The position numbers and the translations under genes were made by a program. Under the pieces are notes generated by a model. It was not told the origin of the DNA. It made no database searches and saw nothing but the letters and a program-made list of their open reading frames with translations. Below, piece after piece: positions 47,442 through 57,626 of a stretch of 64,000 nt of DNA (positions are counted from its first letter, which is position 1; each line of letters begins with the position of its first letter). Source of the stretch: Eubacteriales bacterium (GTDB taxonomy: Bacteria > Bacillota > Clostridia > Oscillospirales > CAG-272); assembly GCA_045580325.1 (NCBI GenBank), contig JAZNNR010000017.1:5682-69681 (forward strand). The letters run 5' to 3'.

Positions 47442-48854
47442 TTACAGGTCTTTTTCGTCGGCTTTTATATAAATGTATTTTTCCTTTACCGATTCCTTTA
47501 TCTTATCGCACACAGCCGCGAAAACAGCCACCCAGCATATGCGAAGCGCAAGGTCGAAGACCCACAGATTTGCCTCTGACGTAACGAAAACTATCTGGCA
47601 AACTCCGAGAATAGCCGAAGCTATTCCCAAAAGTATGGCAAAGGCTGTCCACGCCCTCTCGCGCGCTGTTGAGCGAAGTATCATCCTCATATCGTGGCAC
47701 TGACCAAGCTCATATATCGGCTTTCCGCCGTGTCTTATAAGCACTTCCCTAAGCGTTTTACCCGCGAAGATCAGCACCGCAATAAATGCAAGTATTTCCA
47801 CAGCGTAAAGCACACACATCACGGTAAAATTTGTCGTTATCTCCTCGTTTGAGCCGAGATACGCCGCGATCTGCTCTCCGTAGCCGAGGGCAAGTCCGAC
47901 GTCCTTTGAAGATGAAATGATGTATTTTTTTGTAAAAAAGAAGGAAAATCCCCAGCTCACCGACGATAAAACGAGGTATGCGTAGGAAAGTATCATTCCT
48001 GCGCGCGCGCTTTTGCCAAATATTTTTTTAACTCTCGCAAAGGCGAGTATGAAGAAAAACGCGCCTATCATATGCGGAATATAGTTTATTCCGTCAAGCT
48101 TTATCTCAAGCGAGCAGACTGCCGCCGCAAGAAAAAGCATCAGAGTCGAAAGCATAGTCCTTCTTTCAACGAGCTGTGGACTGTCTTCTTTGTATCTGTA
48201 ATATTTTTCACAAAGCGAGGTCATATACATTTCGTCCGCAAACACCCTTTTCAGATATTTACGCATAAATATATACCAAACTATTCCGACAGCAAGTGCC
48301 GCCACAAAAAAGAGTACCATCAAGGGAAGCCTTAGTCTTGCATAGCTGACAACACCCGTTTCGGTTACGGTGCCGTAGTCCTCGCTTGAAAGACTCACCA
48401 CTTCGGGAAGAAATGCCGCAAGCGGCTTGAAGCAGATAAAGAGAAGCGTAAAGACCTTCATCTTGTCGTATCCGCCAAATACCGACTCGCCTGCGCCTCG
48501 CTGTGCGCTGTAATAAAAGCCTTCAAACAGGGACGAAAATGACATAAATCCGTAAAATATCTCAAGACAGCCGAAAACAAAGGAAAGGAGTAGCAGCCAG
48601 GTTATCTCTGTCGCCGAAATTATAAAAAGAACGGGAAGCGATACCGTTTTAAACACGGATATTATCGCAAATTTGCGGAAATATCCGAGTGAATCGTCAA
48701 ACTGCGGATATATCTGCGAAACACTATACAGCCCCTTCATTATAAAGAGGCAACCGATAAAATCGGGTAAAATATCAACTATATTTACGTTTGGATTCAT
48801 TATGAAAATAATACCCCAAAGCAAATATTTCAGTCCGAGCTGGGCAGGTGTCAT
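47442..48854 (-). CDS. polytopic membrane protein, function unknown (paralogous N-terminal motif with 48891..49571)
   Basis: 470 aa, more than 10 TM helices. N-terminal DILPDFIGCLFIMKGL motif. Confidence 0.55.
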   Translation of the reverse strand: MTPAQLGLKYLLWGIIFIMNPNVNIVDILPDFIGCLFIMKGLYSVSQIYPQFDDSLGYFRKFAIISVFKTVSLPVLFIISATEITWLLLLSFVFGCLEIFYGFMSFSSLFEGFYYSAQRGAGESVFGGYDKMKVFTLLFICFKPLAAFLPEVVSLSSEDYGTVTETGVVSYARLRLPLMVLFFVAALAVGIVWYIFMRKYLKRVFADEMYMTSLCEKYYRYKEDSPQLVERRTMLSTLMLFLAAAVCSLEIKLDGINYIPHMIGAFFFILAFARVKKIFGKSARAGMILSYAYLVLSSVSWGFSFFFTKKYIISSSKDVGLALGYGEQIAAYLGSNEEITTNFTVMCVLYAVEILAFIAVLIFAGKTLREVLIRHGGKPIYELGQCHDMRMILRSTARERAWTAFAILLGIASAILGVCQIVFVTSEANLWVFDLALRICWVAVFAAVCDKIKESVKEKYIYIKADEKDL

Positions 48855-48890
48855 TTAAGCTTCTCCCTCTCCTTTACAGAGTCTTGTGTG

Positions 48891-49571
48891 TCAGTCCTCG
48901 TCGTCTTCTTTTGCCGCGTTTTTCAGCTTTTTTCTAAGCTTTTCAAGCGGATGCTCCTTTACGGACGTATCCTCTCCCTCGTATCCTATCTGACGGTAAT
49001 AGGAGAAGATAAGCGAAAGTATCAAAAAGAGCTGTACGTAGAAAAGCAGTGCTGCCGCGAAGAATATTACCGACGGAACAGGTATATTTGCGACAGACGT
49101 AATGGTAAATACACTCTGAACAAGATAATAGAGCGCCGACACCACGGATGCTACGGTCGTTTTCTTTGCAAGCGGGTAAAGACCCACCGAATTTGCAACA
49201 TCCTTGAGTCCGCCCGTAAGATAAAGTACCGCCGCAAGCATGATCGGATTTTTGATATATCCGCAGATCATAATAAAGAGTCCTGCGCCTTCAAGCCCCG
49301 CGGGATAGACAAATCTCATTACCGCCGCAGTTATCTGTCCTATCAGCAGCGCTCCGCCAAGGACAGAGAGCCCGAGCGTTATCCACGCAAAAACATTAAG
49401 ATCTTTTGAGCTTTTGCGCAGATGCTTCATTGATATATACATACAGATATATCCGAGAATATCGGGGAAAATATCAAGTCCTATATATGGAGTTTCGCTT
49501 ATCGTCCAGCCACTATCAAGCATCATCATAAATCCGAAAAACAGAAGTCCGAATCCCATATCCTTCTCCAC
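48891..49571 (-). CDS. polytopic membrane protein, function unknown
   Basis: 226 aa, about 6 TM helices, with DIFPDILGYICMYISMKHL near the N-terminus and an acidic C-terminal tail. Confidence 0.55.
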   Translation of the reverse strand: MEKDMGFGLLFFGFMMMLDSGWTISETPYIGLDIFPDILGYICMYISMKHLRKSSKDLNVFAWITLGLSVLGGALLIGQITAAVMRFVYPAGLEGAGLFIMICGYIKNPIMLAAVLYLTGGLKDVANSVGLYPLAKKTTVASVVSALYYLVQSVFTITSVANIPVPSVIFFAAALLFYVQLFLILSLIFSYYRQIGYEGEDTSVKEHPLEKLRKKLKNAAKEDDED

Positions 49572-49613
49572 GCCGAGATTATCGGCAAAACAAAATCGTT
49601 AAAAAAATCAAAA

Positions 49614-52370
49614 TCAGTCGTCTTTCATACCGCAGCATTTTTTATATTTCTTTCCGCTTCCGCAGGGGCAGGGATCGTTAGGATTTACCTTGACCTTGCG
49701 CACAGGTGTGTTCTTCGGCTTTGCCTTCTTTTCACCCGCGCCGCCCGCGAATCCTTCTCCTGTAACAACGGCAACCTTCTTGCGCTCTACGTTCTGATTG
49801 GGTCTGAGCGAGAGCACCGCTTTAACAGTATCCTCGCGGATAGTTCCTATCATTTCCTCGAACATTTCGCTTCCTGCTATGCGGTATTCTATAACAGGGT
49901 TACGCTGTGCGGCAGACTGAAGTCCGATACTGTCGCGCAGGTCTGCCATAGCGTCGATATGCTCCATCCACTGACGGTCAACGCTGCGAAGGAGTATTCT
50001 TCTTTCAAATTCACGCATAATGTCGTGTCCGATAATATCGTCCTTCTTTGCGTAAATATCAAGTGCTTTATTTGTAATAAGCTCTTCGAGCTCGCTTCTC
50101 TTAAGAGCAGAGAGTGCCTCTGCAGAGAGCTCCTCGTCCTCATCGTTTATAACAAAGCCCTTAAGGTCCTCACGCAGACCGTCGATATTCCATTTTGAGC
50201 TGTCATCGTCCGCGCAGTAGAAGTCGATCGAAGAGCCCACAAACTGAACTATCATATCCTTAATAGTTTCGGATATATCAGCTCCGTCAAGAACCTCGCG
50301 GCGCTGCTTATATATAATAGTTCTCTGCTGATTCATTATATCGTCGTAAACGAGGACGTTCTTTCTTCTTTCAAAGTTAGCGCTCTCGTGGCGTTTCTGC
50401 GCGTTTTCGAGCGTATTTGAAAGGAGCTTCGCATCTATCGGAGTGTTTTCGTCAAGACCGAGAGTGTCCATCATACGATAGATCCTGTCGCCGCCGAAGA
50501 GTCGCATAAGGTCGTCCTCAAGCGATACGAAAAATCTCGATTCACCCGGGTCGCCTTGACGTCCGGCACGGCCGCGGAGCTGATTATCTATACGTCTGCT
50601 CTCGTGGCGCTCTGTACCGATTATGAAAAGTCCGCCCGCGTCGCAGACCTGCTTTGCCTCGGGTGCGATCTCTTCTCTGTATTTTTCAATAAGTGTGTGG
50701 AACACCTTTCTGGCCTCAAATACCTCGGGCTCAACGTTTATCGAGGAGCCTGCCGCAAGACCGATAATATTTTCCTCGTATCCCATACGCTGCATTTCCT
50801 GCTTTGCAAGGAATTCGGGGTTTCCGCCGAGCATAATGTCTGTTCCACGGCCTGCCATGTTGGTCGAAATAGTTACCTTGCCGAGCTTACCCGCCATAGC
50901 GACGATCTCAGCTTCCTTTTCGTGATGGCGCGCGTTAAGAACGGTATGCTTTATGCCCTCTCTCTTGAGAAGCTCTGAAAGTATCTCCGATTTTTCGACA
51001 GAAACGGTACCGACAAGAACAGGCTGTCCTTTCGCGTTACACTCTTTTATCTGCTCTATGACCGCCCTGAATTTGCCCTTTACCGACTTATAAACAATGT
51101 CGTTATGGTCTTTTCTTATCATAGGCTTGTTCGTCGGTATTTCTACAACGTCAAGTCCGTATATTTCTCTGAATTCCTCGTCCTCGGTAAGAGCCGTACC
51201 CGTCATGCCTGAGAGCTTTCTATACATACGGAAATAGTTCTGGAATGTGATAGACGCAAGAGTTCTGTTCTCTTTTTCTATCTTAACGTGCTCTTTTGCC
51301 TCTATTGCCTGATGGAGTCCGTCGGAATAACGGCGTCCGGGCATAATTCTACCCGTAAAGGAGTCAACGATAAGTACCTTATTGTCTTTTACGATATAGT
51401 TATCTCCGTTTTTCATAACGCCGTGCGCTTTGAGTGCCTTGTTTATATGGTTAGCAAGGTTTACGTTTTCGGCGTCTGAATAGTTTTCAAGTCCGAAATG
51501 AGCCTCGACTCTCTTTATACCCTTCGCAGTCAGCATTACCGAGCCCGCTTTTTCGTCAACGATATAGTCAGCCTGAGGGTCAACGTCAAGCTCGTCGGTC
51601 GATTTCTTGGAGTCTACCTCTCTCATCTTATACATACGGAGCTTTGATACAAATGCCTCGACTATTTCGTATATTTCGCTCGATTTTTCGCTCATACCCG
51701 AAATAATAAGGGGAGTTCTCGCCTCGTCTATAAGTATAGAGTCAACCTCGTCAACAATAGCAAACGCACGTTCTCTCTGCACGAGGTCCTCTTTATAAAC
51801 GACCATATTATCACGCAGATAGTCAAATCCGAATTCGTTGTTCGTGCCGTAGGTTATGTCGCAGTTATAAGCCTCCTGCTTCTCCTTTTTCGACTGTCCG
51901 TGACGGATAAGTCCTGTGGTCAGACCGAGGAAAGCATACACTCTGCCCATCTCCTCCGCGCCCGTATTTGCAAGATATTCGTTTACAGTTACGATATGAA
52001 CACCCTTGCCTGTAAGCGCATTAAGATATGCAGGGAGAGTCGCAACGAGAGTTTTACCTTCACCCGTTTTCATTTCGGCAATTCTTCCCTGATGAAGAAT
52101 TATACCGCCTATAAGCTGTACTCTGAAAGGACGCTTGCCGAGTACTCTGTCAGCCGCCTCTCTTACCGCCGCAAAAGCATCGGGCAAAATATCGTCAAGA
52201 GTTTCTCCGTTTGCAAGTCTTTCCTTCAGCACCTGCGTTGTAGCGCAAAGCTCTTCCTCGGGCATTTCTTTATACTTGTCCGCAAGAGCCTCTATCTTAT
52301 CAACGTCTGATATTATCTTTTTAATTTCTCTTTCGCTGTACGTACCGAACAGCTTGGTTATAAGTCCCAT
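49614..52370 (-). CDS. secA: preprotein translocase ATPase SecA
   Basis: 918 aa. MKTGEGKTL, DEVDSILIDEARTPLIISG and a C-terminal zinc finger CPCGSGKKYKKCCG. Confidence 0.97.
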   Translation of the reverse strand: MGLITKLFGTYSEREIKKIISDVDKIEALADKYKEMPEEELCATTQVLKERLANGETLDDILPDAFAAVREAADRVLGKRPFRVQLIGGIILHQGRIAEMKTGEGKTLVATLPAYLNALTGKGVHIVTVNEYLANTGAEEMGRVYAFLGLTTGLIRHGQSKKEKQEAYNCDITYGTNNEFGFDYLRDNMVVYKEDLVQRERAFAIVDEVDSILIDEARTPLIISGMSEKSSEIYEIVEAFVSKLRMYKMREVDSKKSTDELDVDPQADYIVDEKAGSVMLTAKGIKRVEAHFGLENYSDAENVNLANHINKALKAHGVMKNGDNYIVKDNKVLIVDSFTGRIMPGRRYSDGLHQAIEAKEHVKIEKENRTLASITFQNYFRMYRKLSGMTGTALTEDEEFREIYGLDVVEIPTNKPMIRKDHNDIVYKSVKGKFRAVIEQIKECNAKGQPVLVGTVSVEKSEILSELLKREGIKHTVLNARHHEKEAEIVAMAGKLGKVTISTNMAGRGTDIMLGGNPEFLAKQEMQRMGYEENIIGLAAGSSINVEPEVFEARKVFHTLIEKYREEIAPEAKQVCDAGGLFIIGTERHESRRIDNQLRGRAGRQGDPGESRFFVSLEDDLMRLFGGDRIYRMMDTLGLDENTPIDAKLLSNTLENAQKRHESANFERRKNVLVYDDIMNQQRTIIYKQRREVLDGADISETIKDMIVQFVGSSIDFYCADDDSSKWNIDGLREDLKGFVINDEDEELSAEALSALKRSELEELITNKALDIYAKKDDIIGHDIMREFERRILLRSVDRQWMEHIDAMADLRDSIGLQSAAQRNPVIEYRIAGSEMFEEMIGTIREDTVKAVLSLRPNQNVERKKVAVVTGEGFAGGAGEKKAKPKNTPVRKVKVNPNDPCPCGSGKKYKKCCGMKDD

Positions 52371-52528
52371 ATTATTTTCTCCGTTTAAAAGTTTGCATAA
52401 TTACAGATATTATAATTATACACTATAATAATATTAAAGATATACATAAATTGTAAAGATTTCGCTTATTTTAACTATTTTTTTCAAAAAAATCAACCCC
52501 TTGCGGCGATGCAAGGGGCTGTCCTTTG

Positions 52529-53290
52529 TCAAATCAGATATTTAATTGCATTCTGTATCTCTCTGTCCCAGTAGAACCAGGAGTGGTCGCCATCCGTTTC
52601 GCTGTACGAAAGCTCGTAGCCGTACTCCTCGAAAAGAGCCTTTGCGCGCCTTGTATCTTCAAGAAGAGCATCCTGAAGTCCGCACCAGAGATATACCTTT
52701 GGGAGCTGCTTTCCGCTTTCGGCGGCCTGCTTTATGAGTGTATAAACGTCATTTTTAGACCCCGCGATAGTGTTTATATCTCCAAAAATATCGTTCCAAT
52801 ATTCTCTTGTGGTATATCTGTTATTCGACACGTCTATCGCACCCGAGAAGCTCGCAACGCCTGCAAATTCATCAGGGGAGGAAAGAGCCATTTTGAGCGC
52901 TCCGTATCCGCCCATTGAAAGACCTGCCACGAAATTGTCCTCTCTTTTATCACTCATACAGCGAAATACCGATCTGCAGTATGCGGGTACTTCCTTTGTG
53001 ATATAGGTCTGATATGCGTCGCCGTGAACCATATCGGTGTACCAGCTTTTTGCCGCACAGGGCATTACGACTGCGAGATTTTTCTCTGCCGCATAGCGCT
53101 CAATAGAGGTCCTTCTCTGCCATATAGTCTGGTCGTCCGAGAGTCCGTGAAGGAGATAGAGCGTCTTGCATTTTTCCTCGGCGGCAGTTTCCATTCCTAT
53201 AAGAGTATTTGATTTCTGCGGAATAATTACGTCAAGGGACGCCGCCATTCTGAGTGCTTCCGAATGAAACTGTATATGAAAAAGTGCCAT
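52529..53290 (-). CDS. alpha/beta-hydrolase esterase (putative esterase / EstA-like family)
   Basis: LYLLHGLSDD and the nucleophile elbow GLSMGGYGA, with a C-terminal GDHSW. Confidence 0.8.
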   Translation of the reverse strand: MALFHIQFHSEALRMAASLDVIIPQKSNTLIGMETAAEEKCKTLYLLHGLSDDQTIWQRRTSIERYAAEKNLAVVMPCAAKSWYTDMVHGDAYQTYITKEVPAYCRSVFRCMSDKREDNFVAGLSMGGYGALKMALSSPDEFAGVASFSGAIDVSNNRYTTREYWNDIFGDINTIAGSKNDVYTLIKQAAESGKQLPKVYLWCGLQDALLEDTRRAKALFEEYGYELSYSETDGDHSWFYWDREIQNAIKYLI

Positions 53291-53367
53291 AGTACTTGCC
53301 TTTCCTTTGCTTTGTTCAAATAGCAGTAAACAGAACCGAAAAATCAGTTCTGTTTACAGAGTAAATA

Positions 53368-54615
53368 TCAGTTATAAAGGGGATATTTTGCGCAGATCGC
53401 AGCAACCTTTGCGCGAAGCTCTTCCTTCTTTTCCTCGAAGTCGTCGCCGATAGCCGCTGTGATGATGTCAGCAACAACGATGAAGTCCTCTTCTACGAGT
53501 CCTCTCGTTGTAGCCGCAGGAGTACCTACTCTGATACCGCTTGTAAGCGAGGGCTTACGGGGGTCGTTCGGAACTGCGTTCTTGTTTACAGTAATTCCTA
53601 TGCTGTCAAGACGGTTTTCGAGATCCTTGCCTGTTGTTTCTCTGCCGCGAAGGTCAACGAGCATAAGATGGTTGTCCGTACCGCCCGAAACGAGATTTAC
53701 ACCGTTTGCGAGAAGTCTTTCGGAAAGTGCCTTTGCGTTACGCGCGATCTGCTGCTGATAAGCCTTAAATTCATCGGAAAGCGCTTCGCCGAAGCATACA
53801 GCCTTTGCCGCGATAGTGTGCATAAGAGGTCCGCCCTGTGTTCCGGGGAATATCGCCTTATTGATCTTCGGTCCGAGCTCCTCTTTGCAGAGTATCATAC
53901 CGCCTCTGGGTCCGCGAAGAGTTTTATGTGTAGTTGTTGTAACAACGTCAGCGTAAGGCACGGGCGAGGGGTGTACACCTGCCGCAACAAGACCTGCGAT
54001 GTGAGCCATATCTACCATAAAATATGCGCCGACCTTTTTTGCGATCTCGGCAAAACGGGCAAAGTCAATAACTCTCGGATAAGCAGACGCGCCCGCAACG
54101 ATAAGCTTCGGCTTGCACTCGAGCGCGAGAGCCTCTACCTTGTCGTAATCTATAAGACCTGTTTCGGGATCAACACCGTAGGAAACGAAATTGTAGTTGA
54201 TGCCCGAGAAGTTGACGGGGCTTCCGTGTGTAAGGTGTCCGCCGTCAGCAAGGCTCATTCCCATAACTGTGTCGCCGTGACTAAGAAGTGCAACGTAAAC
54301 AGCAGTATTTGCCTGTGCGCCGCTGTGAGGCTGAACGTTTGCAAATTCTGCACCAAAAAGCTTCTTTGCGCGCTCGATAGCGATATTTTCAACTACGTCA
54401 ACACATTCGCAGCCGCCGTAGTAACGCTTTGCGGGATATCCCTCTGCATATTTGTTTGTAAGTACGCTTGCGTTTGCCGCCATAACAGCCTCTGAAACGA
54501 AGTTTTCGGATGCAATAAGCTCGATAGAGTTCTGCTGACGTTCAAGTTCCTTTTTTACCGCAGCAGCAACGTCAGCGTCGCGCTCGGCGAGAAGTGAAAG
54601 ATTTTCGTAAACCAT
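53368..54615 (-). CDS. glyA: serine hydroxymethyltransferase
   Basis: Start at MVYENL (54615). Contains [23 protein letters not shown]. Confidence 0.95.
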   Translation of the reverse strand: MVYENLSLLAERDADVAAAVKKELERQQNSIELIASENFVSEAVMAANASVLTNKYAEGYPAKRYYGGCECVDVVENIAIERAKKLFGAEFANVQPHSGAQANTAVYVALLSHGDTVMGMSLADGGHLTHGSPVNFSGINYNFVSYGVDPETGLIDYDKVEALALECKPKLIVAGASAYPRVIDFARFAEIAKKVGAYFMVDMAHIAGLVAAGVHPSPVPYADVVTTTTHKTLRGPRGGMILCKEELGPKINKAIFPGTQGGPLMHTIAAKAVCFGEALSDEFKAYQQQIARNAKALSERLLANGVNLVSGGTDNHLMLVDLRGRETTGKDLENRLDSIGITVNKNAVPNDPRKPSLTSGIRVGTPAATTRGLVEEDFIVVADIITAAIGDDFEEKKEELRAKVAAICAKYPLYN

Positions 54616-54707
54616 ATTTTCCCCCATATTTGTTTTATTTAAAAATTTATCTATCTTATTATACAACATTTACTTCGTTTTGTAAATAGATTTTTGTAAA
54701 TTCCTTA

Positions 54708-54736
54708 TTGACATAGCAAATTTCGCTTGTTATAAT
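54708..54736 (+). promoter_or_regulatory. consensus sigma-A promoter for mnmE
   Basis: TTGACA (54708-54713), 17 nt, TATAAT (54731-54736). Confidence 0.65.
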
Positions 54737-54766
54737 AAATTATACTACATTTTTACGGAGAGTTTT

Positions 54767-56140
54767 ATGGATTTTTCATCTGTTGCGGCTATTTCAACGC
54801 CATATGGACGCGGAGCTATCGCGGTGATACGAATTTCGGGCGAAAATGCTCTTGAAATACTTGAAAAGGTATTCGTTCCCGCAAGTAAAAAGAGCGTGGA
54901 TTCTTACCGCGTAGGTCAGCTTATCCGCGGAGATATAGTATCGTCAGACGGACGTATGATAGACGACGGTATGGCTGTATTTTTCAAAGCACCGAGCTCA
55001 TATACGGGTGAAAACAGCGCCGAAATATACTGCCACGGCGGTATTCTCGTCAGCGAGGAAGTGCTAAAAGCGGTGTTTGCCGCAGGAGCTCTCCCCGCAG
55101 GACCGGGTGAATTTACAAAGCGCGCCTTTATTAACGGCAAGCTCGGTCTTACCGAAGCCGAGGCGGTTATAAACACGATAGATGCACAGACAAGGGACAA
55201 GCTCGACCTTGCCCGCTCGCACAGAAAAGGCGTACTCTCGGCAAAAATCAAGGAAATATATAACGCCCTGCTCACACTCGTTTCGTCGGCTTATGTTTTT
55301 GCCGACTATCCCGACGAGGACCTTTCTGATATTTCTCCCGAAGAAATGGCGCAGAAGCTTACTGATATTCACGGCAAAATAACAAACCTCGCCGCGACCT
55401 ACAAAATGGGGCAGGCGATAAACGAGGGAATATACACAGTCCTCGCAGGACGCCCGAACACCGGCAAATCCTCTCTTCTCAACCTTCTTCTCGGAAGCGA
55501 CCGCGCTATTGTGAGCGACACAGCGGGAACGACGCGCGACTCTATCGAGGAAAGCGTTTCGCTTGGGCGAATAATGCTCCGTCTGTGCGATACGGCGGGA
55601 ATCCGCGAGGGCAAGGACGAAATTGAAAAGCTCGGAATCGAGCGAAGCATCTCGGCGCTTGAGCGCGCTGGGCTTGTAATTGCAGTTTTCGACGGCTCAC
55701 AGGAAGCCAGCGACGAGGATAGAAAAGTCTGCGAAATAGTGTCAAAGCTCTCGTGTGCAAAAATAGCTCTGATAAACAAATCCGACCTTGAAAACAGGCT
55801 CGATCTGGACACCTCGGCATTTGACAAGACTATTTCAATGAGTGCAAAATATGCCGAAAATGCCGAGATTTTAACAAAAGAGATAGAATCGCTCTTCATC
55901 GAGGGCGAAACAGATTACGACAGCGACGCTATCGTTTCGTCTGCGCGTCAGAGAGCCTCGCTCGACCGTGCCGCAGAGTCGGTGAAAAACGCACTTTCTG
56001 CTCTTAATGCGGGGTACACGCCCGACGTCGCAGGGCTTGACATCGAGGATGCTATGTCAGCGCTCGGCGAGATCGACGGCCGCACGGTATCTGAGGACAT
56101 CGTAAAGGATATTTTCGGACGCTTCTGCGTAGGAAAATAA
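54767..56140 (+). CDS. mnmE: tRNA modification GTPase MnmE
   Basis: IAAISTPYGRGAIAVIRISG, G-domain GRPNTGKSSLLN / DTAGIR / NKSD, C-terminal FCVGK. Confidence 0.95.
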   Translation: MDFSSVAAISTPYGRGAIAVIRISGENALEILEKVFVPASKKSVDSYRVGQLIRGDIVSSDGRMIDDGMAVFFKAPSSYTGENSAEIYCHGGILVSEEVLKAVFAAGALPAGPGEFTKRAFINGKLGLTEAEAVINTIDAQTRDKLDLARSHRKGVLSAKIKEIYNALLTLVSSAYVFADYPDEDLSDISPEEMAQKLTDIHGKITNLAATYKMGQAINEGIYTVLAGRPNTGKSSLLNLLLGSDRAIVSDTAGTTRDSIEESVSLGRIMLRLCDTAGIREGKDEIEKLGIERSISALERAGLVIAVFDGSQEASDEDRKVCEIVSKLSCAKIALINKSDLENRLDLDTSAFDKTISMSAKYAENAEILTKEIESLFIEGETDYDSDAIVSSARQRASLDRAAESVKNALSALNAGYTPDVAGLDIEDAMSALGEIDGRTVSEDIVKDIFGRFCVGK

Positions 56141-56167
56141 AAATCTACTCCCGAAAGGACTAAAAAT

Positions 56168-56719
56168 ATGCTCGACCTCAAAACAACCGAAAAGAATTTT
56201 CTTATTCCTCATATAAAAGAAGGCGGAGTTGCCGTTGATTTCACAATGGGCAACGGACACGACACCCTCTGGCTCTCGAGAGCCGTCGGCGAAAACGGAA
56301 AGGTTTACGCATTTGATGTGCAAGAGGCTGCGCTTGACAGCACGAAAGCGCTCCTCGAAAGCGAAAACGCGCCTCAGAACTACACTCTTATCCTCGATTC
56401 GCACCACAACAGTGAGAAATACGTCAAAGAGCCGATCTGCGTCGGAATGTTCAATCTCGGTTGGCTTCCTGGCAGCGACAAGACTATAAGAACGCATTTT
56501 GAGACGACACTCCCCGCGATCGAGGCCGCAATAAGACTGCTCGACGATGACGGCGCGCTCCTTATAGCTGTCTATCCGGGACACGCAGAGGGCGCAGAGG
56601 AAGGTTTGATGATCGGCGATATTCTCGCAAAACTCGAGCGCAAAAGCTACTGCGCCGCCAGATTCAATCTTATGAACTCACCCACTTCCCCCTATTTTTA
56701 TCTTATTGAAAAGAAGTAG
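56168..56719 (+). CDS. mnmM: YtqB/MnmM-family SAM-dependent methyltransferase (tRNA mnm5s2U methyltransferase type)
   Basis: DFTMGNGHDTLWLS, VYAFDVQ, LILDSHHN, FNLGWLPGSDK and VYPGHAEG match the YtqB family as I recall it. Confidence 0.65.
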   Translation: MLDLKTTEKNFLIPHIKEGGVAVDFTMGNGHDTLWLSRAVGENGKVYAFDVQEAALDSTKALLESENAPQNYTLILDSHHNSEKYVKEPICVGMFNLGWLPGSDKTIRTHFETTLPAIEAAIRLLDDDGALLIAVYPGHAEGAEEGLMIGDILAKLERKSYCAARFNLMNSPTSPYFYLIEKK

Positions 56720-56915
56720 CCAAGGACTCTGTCCTTGGAACCTGCTTAGAAACTTTTTGAAAAAAGTTTCTAAGAACTTCAAAAACTTTACTGAAAAGGG
56801 AAAAATCCTTTATGTAAAGTTTTAGTCGAGCTTTTTTAGCTCGCAGGGTTTCTTAAGGGGCGGCGCCCCTTAAGCTGAAAAAAGAAAAAGCGTGATACTT
56901 TCGAGTATCACGCCA
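56720..56915. repeat. composite multi-hairpin intergenic repeat, copy IV, with extra palindromes
   Basis: CCAAGGACTCTGTCCTTGG, CTTAGAAACTTTTTGAAAAAAGTTTCTAAG, AACTTCAAAAACTTTACTGAAAAGGG, CTTAAGGGGCGGCGCCCCTTAAG, GCGTGATACTTTCGAGTATCACGC. Confidence 0.75.
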
Positions 56916-56927
56916 TTTTTATATGTA

Positions 56928-57617
56928 CTAATTCTTCTTATACGCATTATACGCGTAAAATCTGCCGACGTAGTCAAAGCCCAGCGAGCGTGCGATACGC
57001 TCTGAACCTATGTTATAGCGACTGCAGCAGTAGGCTACGCTGTATCCATTTTCGATGAGATATTTCGCAAGAGCCGCCGTGTTTGAGCGCGCAAACCCTC
57101 TTTTTCTGTAGTCGGGAGCTGTTTCGACCGTTATTTCGAGCATTTTCTGCCCCTCACCGTACTCGTTCACGCACGCCATAGAAGCTATTTTTCCGTCCTC
57201 GAGAGTCGCAAACATCGGAATATTCTTTTCAAGATTTTCTTTCACCTCAAGCGTCGTGAGATTTTCATAAATATCCTCTTCAATCCTCACGCTCGACGGC
57301 AAAATAGCCGAGATGTCGAGATTTTCTGTGCTTCGCATCGAGAAAGAATAGTACCAGCGAAGCCTCTCGTGAGTTTCGCCCTCATATCCGTGAAGATCTG
57401 CATACTTTTCAAGCTCCTCGTTCAGCTCGGAAAGGACCTCGTCCGAGAAAATATCCTTGCCATGATTTTTCACAAGCCTTTTGCAAAATCTTTTCACCCC
57501 CGAATAGACCTCTATCTCAAGGTCGTCGCCGTACTCGGTAACAAGAAAAGGGACTATCATAGGATAGCCGCTTTTGAATATATTTTTATCTTTTTCGGTA
57601 ATTACTGAAATTTTCAT
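56928..57617 (-). CDS. GNAT-family acetyltransferase with an N-terminal uncharacterised domain
   Basis: The C-terminal half has DYRKRGFARSNTAALAKYLIENG (motif A). Confidence 0.65.
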   Translation of the reverse strand: MKISVITEKDKNIFKSGYPMIVPFLVTEYGDDLEIEVYSGVKRFCKRLVKNHGKDIFSDEVLSELNEELEKYADLHGYEGETHERLRWYYSFSMRSTENLDISAILPSSVRIEEDIYENLTTLEVKENLEKNIPMFATLEDGKIASMACVNEYGEGQKMLEITVETAPDYRKRGFARSNTAALAKYLIENGYSVAYCCSRYNIGSERIARSLGFDYVGRFYAYNAYKKN

Positions 57618-57626
57618 ATTAAACGA

